A stretch of 64,000 nt of DNA from an uncultured bacterium (GTDB lineage: Bacteria > Hydrogenedentota > Hydrogenedentia > Hydrogenedentales > JAEUWI01). The number at the start of each line of letters is the position of its first letter. Positions within the stretch are counted from its first letter, which is position 1. Below, in pieces: positions 18,178 through 28,030 of this stretch. The notes beneath the pieces are model-generated. The model was not told where the DNA came from and made no database searches. It saw nothing but the letters and a program-made list of their open reading frames with translations. Where the stretch lies: positions 1 to 64,000 of the forward strand of contig CAXBPH010000001.1 of assembly GCA_963977445.1 (NCBI GenBank), written 5' to 3'. The translations under genes and the position numbers were made by a program.

Positions 18178-20982
18178 TCAAGCCACGTTTTTTTTTGCGA
18201 GAGCCGTCTCGATGACGTCGAAGAGTTGGGCCACGTTGAAGGGCTTGCGGAGCACTTCACGGGCTCCGCTACCGCTGGCGGTACCTATTTCCAGATCAGA
18301 GGTGGGCCCGAGCAACAAAACCACGGCAAGGCTTGGTTTGCGCTTTTGAATCTCGTCTACCAGAGCGGTGGGGGTATTGACGCCGCGGACGGCACCGTCA
18401 AGGAGGACAAGGTCAACGGGATTCGCAATAACTTCGGCGAGGGCTTCGAGGCCGTCGGCAGCGGTGCGGATCGAGTAGCCGCGATTGCGCAAGGCCTCGG
18501 CGAGTACGTCGCCCAGCGCGGGGTCGTTATCCACCAGTAGGATTCGATGTTCGCTCGATGGGGCGGCGCTGGGTGCCTGCACAGGAGCGGGGGCACTGAC
18601 AGGGGCACGCTCGGGCGGACGGATCTCAAAGTCCTGCGAACGTAGCGAATCGGGTGCCGACTGCTCAGCCCGAAGCATACGTCGGGCCGTGTCCGCTTTG
18701 ATGGCAGCGACCACTTCGGGCGCAATGCCGGATGCACCCTCTTCTTCTTTTACCCGGGGTGAAAAGCTCGCTGTCTCGTCGATGGAGGAGCCTTTTGAAA
18801 TCGCCTCTGGCTCGGCAGCCCCGGAACGGTCCGAGGCAATGGGCAGGGTCACGGTACAGGTTGTGCCTGAACCTTCCTGGCTGTGGAGCGTAATCGTGCC
18901 ACGGTGGGCTTCCACGATGCCATGACAAACGGCGAGTCCCATACCCGTGCCTTCGTTGCCACTCTGGGTGGTGAAAAAGGGCTCGAATACTTTATCCATA
19001 ATATCGGCAGCAATACCCTGACCCGTATCGATTATCTGCACAAGCACCGCGGTGCGGTCCTGATTGGGCCGCACGCGAATCGTGAGCTTGTCCCCCTGTC
19101 GGGCCATGGCGTTGACTGCGTTTTTCAGCAGATTCTGAAAGACCTGATCCAACTGCACCCGGTCCAGGGGAATCTGAGGTAAATCCTGGGCGTAATCTTC
19201 GACCAGTTGAATGCCTTCATCGGAAAACTTCTGGCGCACCCGGTCTACCGAGGTTTTTACGAGATAGCTGATGCGACTGGGCAGGAGTTGGGGAGGATTG
19301 GGACGAGCAAACTGGAGCAGGTCACGCAAGATTCCGCAGGCACGATTACTGTGCTCCACGATAGCCTGCAAGGCCTTCTGGTCTTCCGGCTCCTGGGTGT
19401 TGGCGAGCAGCATCTGGGCCTTGCCCGATATAACGGCCAGAGGATTGTTTATTTCGTGGGCCGCACCGGCCGCCATTTTACCGACACTGATGAGGCGCTC
19501 GGTCCGTCGATCGTGACGGTGGCTGAGCTCCTGTTTCCACACGGCTTCCGCCAGGGATTCTGCTTCGGCATGAACACCGCGCACGGCCTTGCAGCGGGCC
19601 AGCGCCGCACCGGCACTCTTCACGAAATGCATCAAGTCGTTCAAAAAACTGTCGGAAAGGGTCGGACCACCGGCACCGCTCTGGAAAATAAGCTGTCCCA
19701 CGCTCCGATTGCCATCGAGAAGGGGCAGGGCCACAAAGCCATGGCGACGGATTACGTGTTTGTGTTCTTCCGCACCATCGGGGGCCCCTAGCGTCGCAAT
19801 AAGTTCATCAAGAGAGGAAGAGGAGTCTGAGGCATCATCGCCACCGCGCGTCACAACACTTTCGGGCTCTTCTGACTGGCTGCGCCAACGCAATACAACG
19901 GGACTTTCCGTCGTGTCGTCCGTCAGATAGCAGAGTCCCATAGGAATGGAAAAGGCCTTCCGAAGCCCGTCGACAAAGAGCGTCAATTGGGCAGCGGGCA
20001 CGAGACCGGGCTGCATGCGCTCATGCAAGGTGCTCAGGGCCTCGTAATAATTGCGTTCAAACCGCAGGCGTGCCGTTTCCACCCGGGTGGTACCCACGCC
20101 GACAGCCTCCTGGAGCCTGCGTTTCGGGGTGGCTTCTGGCTGCGAATCTTTCAGACCATCGCGCACCATCTCCAGCACATCAACCCGCTCCAGCCCCAGA
20201 CGCAAGTAACGTTGCTCATCCAATGAGGCAACCCGTTCCTGGGGTGGAGAATCCAAGGTCTCGCCATGGGCAAGTATGTTCGCGAGAGAGATGATTTCTA
20301 TCAACTCTACCGGGTAGGGCGTATTGTCCAGCGTGCCTGGCGGGTGGTGGTGTAACCAGATGGCGAAGATCACCGAAGACGGCAGGCCCCACGCTTCAGA
20401 AAGCCACTTTCCGGCCACGGTATGATCGGCACCGAGTTCACGGCGCTCTGCTTCGAGGGCAAACAATCCCTGCTGGCGAACCAGCTCCAGGGCCCGGTTG
20501 TAACCACCCGGTGCGATGCGATCCAGGGCGGGCTTGCCAATGTCGTGTAATAGCCCCGCCACATAGGCCAAAGGCTGGTAGCGGCTTCGTATTTTGCGGG
20601 CGATGGTGTCGGCGTAGTGACCCACCGTAAGTGAATGTAGCCAGAAGGCCTTCAATTCGAGACCATGGCTTCGTGGGACGTCAAAAAGGGCAGGCAATAC
20701 GCGATCGAAGGTAAGTTGGGCAACCCGTGCGAGGCCCAACGCCATCAATTGCTCGTCCAGCGGCGCGTCTTCGGCACAATCACATTCCGCAGCGGCTACC
20801 GTCTGGAATTGGTGCACCAACCCATCGTCAAATTCGGCGATAGACACGAGCTCATCCCAGTGCACCGTCCCCGAATCAAGCGCGAGGAGAATTTCCCGCG
20901 CAATATGGGGCAGCACCGGCATTTGCTGCAACGAGCTTATACGTTGTTTTATATCTATCTTGATCATGTTCTTTTGCGCCAC
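18178..20982 (-). CDS. HDOD-domain hybrid histidine kinase with C-terminal receiver
   Basis: FWLHSL, AGLLHDIGK and DHTVAG (HDOD); AHEINNPL; NLLKNA, DTGQGI, FEPFFTT and GTGMGL; receiver LVLLD...KPF. Confidence 0.9.
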   Translation of the reverse strand: MAQKNMIKIDIKQRISSLQQMPVLPHIAREILLALDSGTVHWDELVSIAEFDDGLVHQFQTVAAAECDCAEDAPLDEQLMALGLARVAQLTFDRVLPALFDVPRSHGLELKAFWLHSLTVGHYADTIARKIRSRYQPLAYVAGLLHDIGKPALDRIAPGGYNRALELVRQQGLFALEAERRELGADHTVAGKWLSEAWGLPSSVIFAIWLHHHPPGTLDNTPYPVELIEIISLANILAHGETLDSPPQERVASLDEQRYLRLGLERVDVLEMVRDGLKDSQPEATPKRRLQEAVGVGTTRVETARLRFERNYYEALSTLHERMQPGLVPAAQLTLFVDGLRKAFSIPMGLCYLTDDTTESPVVLRWRSQSEEPESVVTRGGDDASDSSSSLDELIATLGAPDGAEEHKHVIRRHGFVALPLLDGNRSVGQLIFQSGAGGPTLSDSFLNDLMHFVKSAGAALARCKAVRGVHAEAESLAEAVWKQELSHRHDRRTERLISVGKMAAGAAHEINNPLAVISGKAQMLLANTQEPEDQKALQAIVEHSNRACGILRDLLQFARPNPPQLLPSRISYLVKTSVDRVRQKFSDEGIQLVEDYAQDLPQIPLDRVQLDQVFQNLLKNAVNAMARQGDKLTIRVRPNQDRTAVLVQIIDTGQGIAADIMDKVFEPFFTTQSGNEGTGMGLAVCHGIVEAHRGTITLHSQEGSGTTCTVTLPIASDRSGAAEPEAISKGSSIDETASFSPRVKEEEGASGIAPEVVAAIKADTARRMLRAEQSAPDSLRSQDFEIRPPERAPVSAPAPVQAPSAAPSSEHRILLVDNDPALGDVLAEALRNRGYSIRTAADGLEALAEVIANPVDLVLLDGAVRGVNTPTALVDEIQKRKPSLAVVLLLGPTSDLEIGTASGSGAREVLRKPFNVAQLFDVIETALAKKNVA

Positions 20983-21250
20983 GACAAGTCGATAAGAAGG
21001 TAAAATGCACGTCGAAATGGTTCCCGAGACACCATTATTACGGCTCTTCTTGCCTACTATATCATGTATGACAGATTATCGCCAACACAATATACACACC
21101 AAAAGCGTACAAGAAGTTACATTCATGCCAGAAATTCTTACTTTTAGAATACCTCTGGCAAACCCACGGAGGCATCATAGCAATACACAGGCACCGGGTG
21201 TCAAATTTCTGCCATACGGCCCCGTCGCCCCAAAAAAGAAGGGAATCAGG

Positions 21251-22486
21251 TTACAGGGTGTTGACCATATCCGCGTAAACTTCGCGTGCGCCTTCGGCCA
21301 GCACCGGCATAGCGCAGGACGCATATTGATCCAGTAGCACCCGGGTCTCCTCCTGATGACCACGTAGACTCCACACGATCCGGTTGTACATGGCTTCCTC
21401 GCGATCTTTAAACGCAATTTCGAGGAGTCGTCGGAGCACGTCAGTCTTCTTATACTTAACGGTAGACAGGCCAAAATAGACGGCGTTATAGCGCACCTCC
21501 CGATCCGTGTCTTCCGTCATCGCCAGTAAGAGATCGATGGCGGCTGGGTCCTGTTTCGGGGCGGCCCAGACCCATCGGGTGCCCACAATCCGCGCCACTT
21601 TTTTTCTCACCTCCGGATCCTTATCCAGGCTGCACAAATAGAACGTAGAGATATGGGCTTCGTTCATGATGCGGGCAATATGGGCCTCTTCAATCAGGTT
21701 CAATACGGCCAGCCGCTCGGAGGAGTCGCCGGTACGAAGGGTCATCGTGAGAGCTTTCAGGCGCCCGCCATACCGTTCCTCCGCCGTCGCCAGTTCCTTT
21801 TCTGCCGCCCAGGCAAAGGCCTTGAGCTCCCGTCGGAGTATCTTTCGCACCACATCCGCTTTTTCACGAACAACGGGCTCAGGGTCTTGCGCATAGGGCG
21901 CGAGAAAACGAATGGACGATTCCCGCTGCTCCCCCAGACCCCAGGCAACCCGACTCAAATCATTGGGGCCATCTATTTCCATGCAAATCTCTACCAGCGT
22001 CCGTAGGATGGCGTCTGTCTTGGGTCGCACCACGGAAAGCCCGAAATAGAGGGCGGCACTTCGCGTACCGTAGGTGTCTGTTGCCGACGCCGTCCCCATT
22101 GACGCGTGATACATGATTTCAATGGCTTCGGGGTCTTGGACCACCTTACCCCATATAAAGGTACTCCCCACCCAACGTAGCAGGGGCGTCCGGTCTCCCG
22201 GGAAGCGCCGCAAGCCCTGACGAACCAGGGCGAGTCCTTCGGGATTGGTCATGGCATCCAAGTCACCCTTTGACCATCGCTCATTCAGAATGAGGGCACC
22301 GGGCTGGCTATCGGGAAAGTAGGCGTCGAAATCCGGCCGTTGATAGACCCGCCCATCGCGCCACGAGAACGGTACCCCTTCGGTAGCACGCGCTTCGGCC
22401 GTCACCGAGGTTGGCTCGCTGGCAACGCTCGACAGGGAAAGGGCCCACAACACCAAACTCGACACCAACCGAAAACGCGTATCCAA
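21251..22486 (-). CDS. Exported HEAT-repeat protein
   Basis: Signal peptide; DPEPVVRE, DKDPEVRK and DTDREVRY repeats; internal duplication around YFGLS. Confidence 0.7.
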   Translation of the reverse strand: MDTRFRLVSSLVLWALSLSSVASEPTSVTAEARATEGVPFSWRDGRVYQRPDFDAYFPDSQPGALILNERWSKGDLDAMTNPEGLALVRQGLRRFPGDRTPLLRWVGSTFIWGKVVQDPEAIEIMYHASMGTASATDTYGTRSAALYFGLSVVRPKTDAILRTLVEICMEIDGPNDLSRVAWGLGEQRESSIRFLAPYAQDPEPVVREKADVVRKILRRELKAFAWAAEKELATAEERYGGRLKALTMTLRTGDSSERLAVLNLIEEAHIARIMNEAHISTFYLCSLDKDPEVRKKVARIVGTRWVWAAPKQDPAAIDLLLAMTEDTDREVRYNAVYFGLSTVKYKKTDVLRRLLEIAFKDREEAMYNRIVWSLRGHQEETRVLLDQYASCAMPVLAEGAREVYADMVNTL

Positions 22487-22525
22487 GGCCTCGCTCCCAT
22501 CAGGCCCGGCGCATTGTACCGCTAC

Positions 22526-23623
22526 TTATAACGCGATAGCCGCCACCAGGCCGGTCAACAGTTGTTCCACCAATCGCATACAGGGACTCAACAACAAACT
22601 GCACACAAACCATGCAATCAAAAATCCCATACCACCTTCCATTCGAAGGGGAAAGCGGCTGGAAATCAACAGTATTTTCGCCATAAAGGAAACCATGAAG
22701 GCCATGGCAACCAAAATGCCCGCCGCAGGGCCGAAGGCGCCAAAATGTTCCGCACCCCAATTCACCATGGCGTTTATGGCGGCAAAAGTAACCCCAAGAT
22801 AGGCGACAGAAATATAGTTTTGGCGGGAATCGTTTTCGTAGAGCAGCTCCATCAGCGCCAACGTGGCATAGAGTCCTATCCCTTGACCGAGGGCGCTCGC
22901 GACAAAATTCATGGCCCAAAGGACCCAGTGCCAAACGGCAGGCAACGTCTGGGCCCGTTCCATATCTACGGCGAAGAGTTGTGCGATCCATTGATTCACG
23001 GGAAGTGCCGCAGCCACCAGGACGACCACGACACCAACGACTGCGAGTGTGATCAGGCCTTTTTTCTTTCGCCCACGCTCGGCATCTTCGTGGTCTCGGT
23101 TTACAGCGAGTTTTTTGGGGGGCTCGGGGCGATAGAAATCGCGGCGTTCCCCCACCGATGGCGGTGTATACCCCGGTGCCGCCTGGACCGCACACAGATG
23201 GCACAACAATCCCTGGGGGCTGGCATTCTTGTCCCAATCCCCCCGAAAGGTCCGATGGCAGCGACTGCACTGCTCCAGCTCATCTTCCGCCGCCGCCTCA
23301 CGAATCCCCCCGGTCCAATCGCGTGCGGCAACGGGAGCAGACGCAACTTCAGGAGGCCCCTCCGGCGTTGCGGAAGGCGATGGGCTCTCGAAGTCCCCAA
23401 CCCCCGGACTGAAATCAGATTCCATGGCACGGTCGTCGGCGAAGGCATCGGATGGAAGCTCCGGCACGAAGGCCTCCGCGAAGACAATCTTCTCTGCGGA
23501 TACTTCGGCGGCAGGTAGAGGCCGTCCACAGGCGAGACACGAGCGCGCCTCGCCATAGGCGAATACTCCCAGGTCATTGCGTTGACCACATTCACATACG
23601 ACCGATTGCCCCAAAACGTACAC
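22526..23623 (-). CDS. Membrane protein with N-terminal Zn-ribbon-like Cys motifs
   Basis: CECG...CLAC and CSRC...CHLC motifs; about 5 C-terminal TM segments. Confidence 0.65.
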   Translation of the reverse strand: MYVLGQSVVCECGQRNDLGVFAYGEARSCLACGRPLPAAEVSAEKIVFAEAFVPELPSDAFADDRAMESDFSPGVGDFESPSPSATPEGPPEVASAPVAARDWTGGIREAAAEDELEQCSRCHRTFRGDWDKNASPQGLLCHLCAVQAAPGYTPPSVGERRDFYRPEPPKKLAVNRDHEDAERGRKKKGLITLAVVGVVVVLVAAALPVNQWIAQLFAVDMERAQTLPAVWHWVLWAMNFVASALGQGIGLYATLALMELLYENDSRQNYISVAYLGVTFAAINAMVNWGAEHFGAFGPAAGILVAMAFMVSFMAKILLISSRFPLRMEGGMGFLIAWFVCSLLLSPCMRLVEQLLTGLVAAIAL

Positions 23624-23886
23624 CTCCTGAAATTCCGTTTATCCAGCCTGCCTTACATGCCGCCCGAGCCTATCCCCAATGTATCAGGAGCGTTGCTCTG
23701 GTATAACAATACACCTCACCCCCCGGTGCGCTTCAAGCACAACCCAAACCGCTCAAGGTTGCGGATAGTGCCCCGTCCCATTGATTTTTGATTCCCCCGG
23801 GCGGTACGTTCTTGGTAGGACTTCGTTCGACAACCATTTCCACCAGAAATTCATCCTGAATACGATGAGACAAGGAGGACAAGAAA

Positions 23887-24072
23887 ATGCAAGATCACTA
23901 CGATATAAGTTGCCCACATTGCTGGCAAACTTTTTCCATACCACTGGATCTTTCCGTACGGGGCCAAACCTTCATCTACGACTGCGAGATTTGCTGTAAT
24001 CCCCTGGAAGTGGAATATGAGGCCGAAGGCGGGCAAATCGTTTTCTGTGAAGCCCGCTCACTGGAGCAGTGA
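23887..24072 (+). CDS. CPXCG-motif cysteine-rich protein
   Basis: CPHCW...QTFIYDCEICCNP; GGAGG RBS. Confidence 0.85.
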   Translation: MQDHYDISCPHCWQTFSIPLDLSVRGQTFIYDCEICCNPLEVEYEAEGGQIVFCEARSLEQ

Positions 24073-24150
24073 CGCACAAAGTTGGGTCGATGTAGTGCTG
24101 ACGACCCCGGCACGTCAGCTACGCTGCTCGGGTGCCGTTGTCATAGCACG

Positions 24151-26055
24151 TTACATATCCGAAAGGTTGCGCGGTAACCAGGCAGCACGAAGGGCATTCA
24201 ACACCGCCAGCACATCGATGACTTCCTGGCAAACCGCGCCTTGAACGGGGGTCAAGTATCCCAAAGACGCCAGAATCATTCCGCCGATACTGAGAATCAT
24301 CCCGCCAACGGCACTTTCGATGGCGATTCTGCGCATCCGCCGACTGATATGAAGAAACTCATCCACCTTTTTCAATGAGTTGTCCATGATCACCACACCG
24401 GCCGCCTCGGCGGTCACATCACTCCCCTGGCCTATCGCCATCCCCACGGTGGCCGCCATCATGGCAGGGGCATCGTTAATACCATCGCCCACGTAGAGTG
24501 TCGGGGCCCGTTCGGTTTCCACCCGAACGATAGCCAGCTTTTCTTCGGGACTTTGCTGCGCGTAGATTTCTGTGATGCCCACCTCGCCAGCCAGGTAACG
24601 CACCTCCGACTCGCGGTCTCCCGACACAATCATGAGTCGATTGAATTGATGATGGGGCCCCAGGTGCCTCATGAATGAATGGCTGTCGGCACGCGGCGCA
24701 TCGCGAAAGCGATAGCAGGCGGCCACGCGGCCATCCAGCAGCACGACGCACTCCAAACCATCTCCCGTTGCTGGCAAGTTTTCAACACCCGATGCACCCA
24801 TGGCCTCGAGCTTCTTCCGACTTGTAATACGAATCTCTCGCCCTTCAACCGTACCGCGAAGCCCCTCACCGGGATGCTCACTGACGGCCATGGCTTCGGG
24901 TATGGTCATTCCGGCAGCATGGGCCGATTCGGTAATAGCCAAGGCCAGCGGGTGCCTGGAATAGCGCTCTAACCCGGCAACGAGCTGGAGAAGTTCCTGA
25001 GCATCTACACCTTCAACCGGAATTTGCTCGACAAGGGTTGGTGCGCCATAAGTCAGCGTACCCGTCTTGTCAAAAATAGCGGTGCGACAACGGGCAATTT
25101 GCTCAAGAGCTACCGGGCTCTTAACGATTATGGCCCGGCGCGCGCAAAGGGAAATCGAGCCAATTATGGCAACAGGTATACCGATCAGGAGGGGGCAGGG
25201 TGTCGCAATCACAAGTACCGCCAGAAATCGTGTGGCTTCCCCGCTGAAGCCCCACGCGGCCAGGGCGATGGTTACCGCCAGGGGCGTGTAGAAGGCTCCG
25301 AGCTGGTCCCCGAGTCGGCGCATTTCGGGCCGGGTGGCTTCTGATTCCCGCATGACCGCCATGATTCGCGCATAGCGGGAATCGGCCACAATCTGGGTGG
25401 CCCGAATGGTAAGGGCGACTTCTCCATTGATAGCACCCGATATGACGACGGAGCCCTTCGTTTTCGTGCTGCTGAACGGCTCGCCGGTAAGATAGGATTC
25501 GTCCATGACGCCATGGCCATCAAGCACTTCCCCATCGACGGGGCATATTTCGTGGGGGTAGACCACAACTTCGTCACCCACGGCAATCGCTTCGAGGGGC
25601 ACATCTTCGAGCCCGCCCGCCGCCTGGCGACGGTGGGCCGTAACGGGCATGCGTCGGGCCAGGGCGGCCAACACGGAGGAAGCGCTTCGCAGGGCATAGG
25701 CTTCGAGGGCCTCCCCACCACTCAGCATCAAGACGATGATCGCACCGGCCAGATATTCGCCGAGCAGGATTGAGGTGACGATGGACAGTCCCCCCAGGAG
25801 GTCCGAGCCAAACTCACGGCGCAGGGCTTTTCGGGCCAGGTCGGCCACAAGAGGCACGCCACCCAGCAACAGACAAAGCCACAGGGGAGAATATGCGACG
25901 CGATCCGTAATACCAAACCCAAAGCGAATGACCAGATGGAGGCCGATCATGCCGACGGCAAGCAGAGTGATTAGAAGGGTCTGTTGCTTTCCCAATGATT
26001 TCAGGAGCCCGCCTCCCGTTCCCCCGCCGTCCACCTCTTCTGAATTTTGGTTCAT
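24151..26055 (-). CDS. Heavy-metal P-type ATPase, P1B-5-like
   Basis: [27 protein letters not shown] and QEVID motifs. Confidence 0.92.
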   Translation of the reverse strand: MNQNSEEVDGGGTGGGLLKSLGKQQTLLITLLAVGMIGLHLVIRFGFGITDRVAYSPLWLCLLLGGVPLVADLARKALRREFGSDLLGGLSIVTSILLGEYLAGAIIVLMLSGGEALEAYALRSASSVLAALARRMPVTAHRRQAAGGLEDVPLEAIAVGDEVVVYPHEICPVDGEVLDGHGVMDESYLTGEPFSSTKTKGSVVISGAINGEVALTIRATQIVADSRYARIMAVMRESEATRPEMRRLGDQLGAFYTPLAVTIALAAWGFSGEATRFLAVLVIATPCPLLIGIPVAIIGSISLCARRAIIVKSPVALEQIARCRTAIFDKTGTLTYGAPTLVEQIPVEGVDAQELLQLVAGLERYSRHPLALAITESAHAAGMTIPEAMAVSEHPGEGLRGTVEGREIRITSRKKLEAMGASGVENLPATGDGLECVVLLDGRVAACYRFRDAPRADSHSFMRHLGPHHQFNRLMIVSGDRESEVRYLAGEVGITEIYAQQSPEEKLAIVRVETERAPTLYVGDGINDAPAMMAATVGMAIGQGSDVTAEAAGVVIMDNSLKKVDEFLHISRRMRRIAIESAVGGMILSIGGMILASLGYLTPVQGAVCQEVIDVLAVLNALRAAWLPRNLSDM

Positions 26056-26323
26056 GTACTACCCGCTCCGGCAGAAATACGTGGAGCCTTTCTCGTAAAA
26101 GTCCATTCGCGTCGCACGGCCACTACCCGCATACGGAGCCGGACATTCTGACTATGCCGCGTCATTCACTATCATCCTAAACCCTTTGCGACAACAATGT
26201 AAACGAAAGGCCCGCGCTGCTACGAATTATTCCCCCCAAACACTACGGGCACTCGAAGACACTTCTCCGCCAACCCCAGGCAAACGTCTTGTTCGACAAC
26301 CGGCTTAAGGCTATACTTCGTCC

Positions 26324-27196
26324 ATGCTCCACGCCTCCTTACGCCCAGAAGATTGCAGGGCCTGTACACGCGCCCTGTCATCGGGTCTACTCCAGGCTAT
26401 CCATGCCGTTGTCCTACTCGCCATGGCCAGTCTCCTAATGCATTGGCCTGCCGAGGCTGAAGCTATAGAGGAGCTACCCCCGCACACTCCGGAAGTAGAC
26501 GAGGCACCCGGCGACTGGTATTTCTTCATCGCCGCTGTCAATGTCTATCCCAAGCTCGAATCCGAACAGCTGATCAAGCAACTTTTCGAGCCGGTATTGC
26601 GCGGCCTGGCCCCGGGTCACGATGGGGTATACACCGTGAGCGACCTTCGTGACGACCATGGCCTCTGGCCCCCCCATATTGGCGTAGGAAAAAACCTGAA
26701 TGACCACTGGTCGGTCTTCCTCGAAGCGGGCTACACGGCTGGAAAAGTGCGCACCAAGACCGATGACCGGAGCATAATTCTCGTCCCCCTCCACACCGAC
26801 TTTGAAATAATGCGAAGTGCTCTTTTTGCAGGTCTGGGCGTGGATTACTTCCCCTGGGGCATGCCCGAGCAACAAGACTACCAGGGACTCCGTGCCCGTC
26901 TCGCCGAAGTGCGGCCTTTTTTCGGAACACGACTCACGTGGACCCATGCCACCTTTCGCGCCAAGGCCAAGCTGGGCTTCCCGCCCACACCCAATTTCCT
27001 GAATATCGAAATCGCTGACGCCTGGACCCTCCCCAGCCTTACGACGGTGGTGGGTTTTGAGCTACCTCTCTCAAAGAATTCCGCACTTACGGTCAATGGC
27101 GCGTATAACTATTTCTGGAAACAGGATTTCGATTTTGAAGGGTGGGCCTTGACCGTCCAGTGGAAACGTTTCTTTAAGGGCCCCCGATCTCGCTAA
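26324..27196 (+). CDS. Hypothetical exported protein, possible outer-membrane beta-barrel
   Basis: Signal-like N-terminus, alternating aromatic beta-strand pattern; start uncertain. Confidence 0.55.
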   Translation: MLHASLRPEDCRACTRALSSGLLQAIHAVVLLAMASLLMHWPAEAEAIEELPPHTPEVDEAPGDWYFFIAAVNVYPKLESEQLIKQLFEPVLRGLAPGHDGVYTVSDLRDDHGLWPPHIGVGKNLNDHWSVFLEAGYTAGKVRTKTDDRSIILVPLHTDFEIMRSALFAGLGVDYFPWGMPEQQDYQGLRARLAEVRPFFGTRLTWTHATFRAKAKLGFPPTPNFLNIEIADAWTLPSLTTVVGFELPLSKNSALTVNGAYNYFWKQDFDFEGWALTVQWKRFFKGPRSR

Positions 27197-27334
27197 TACG
27201 CCGCTAACAGTGATATGAAATACTACGTCGGTTTGTTTCTACCGATGGTCGGTCGCAACGTGTCTTGAGGCGTGGCTCCTCGCGAGTAAGGCCTCGACGC
27301 ATGATTTCGTCGAACATCAACAACAAGGTATGCC

Positions 27335-28024
27335 ATGGCCAACGAAAAAATCTTAATCGTAGAAGATGAAGCCGACATTACCGAATTGCTCCGCTACAAT
27401 CTGAGCCGGGATGGCTATAATGTTGTCGAAGCAGCTACCGGTGAGGCTGCGCTGGATATTATTGAGCGCAATGCCCCCGACCTGGTCCTACTCGATTTGA
27501 TGCTGCCCAAAATAAATGGACTGGAAGTATGCCGACGGGTACGTTCGAGTCAAGACAACAAGCACTTGCCCATCATAATGATCACGGCCAAGGGCGAGGA
27601 GGTCGACATTGTTACGGGCCTGGAGTTGGGTGCCGACGACTATATGACGAAACCCTTCAGCCCCCGAGTCTTGTTGGCACGTGTTCGGGCCGTACTTCGA
27701 CGCCATGACACCGAAGTTCCCGGCGACGATGTTCAGATCCAAATCCACAACCTGACGATTCACCCGGGACGCCACGAAGTCACGGTGGATGGTGAACTGG
27801 TTTCCCTCACCCGCACCGAATTCCAGGTGCTTCATTACCTCGCCCGACGGCCCGGCTGGGTCTTCACGCGCTACCAGATCGTCGATGCCGTCCATGGCGA
27901 TGATTATATTGTCACGGAGCGCAGTGTAGACGTGCAGATCGTTGGCCTCCGCAAAAAACTGGGCGCTGCTGGAAAATTCATTGAAACGGTCCGGGGCGTG
28001 GGCTATCGTTTTGGATCGGTGTAA
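27335..28024 (+). CDS. phoB: OmpR/PhoB-family response regulator
   Basis: ILIVEDE, LLDLMLP, GADDYMTKPF and winged-helix IETVRGVGY; followed by a PhoR-like kinase and a phosphate porin. Confidence 0.75.
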   Translation: MANEKILIVEDEADITELLRYNLSRDGYNVVEAATGEAALDIIERNAPDLVLLDLMLPKINGLEVCRRVRSSQDNKHLPIIMITAKGEEVDIVTGLELGADDYMTKPFSPRVLLARVRAVLRRHDTEVPGDDVQIQIHNLTIHPGRHEVTVDGELVSLTRTEFQVLHYLARRPGWVFTRYQIVDAVHGDDYIVTERSVDVQIVGLRKKLGAAGKFIETVRGVGYRFGSV

Positions 28025-28030
28025 TTCACC

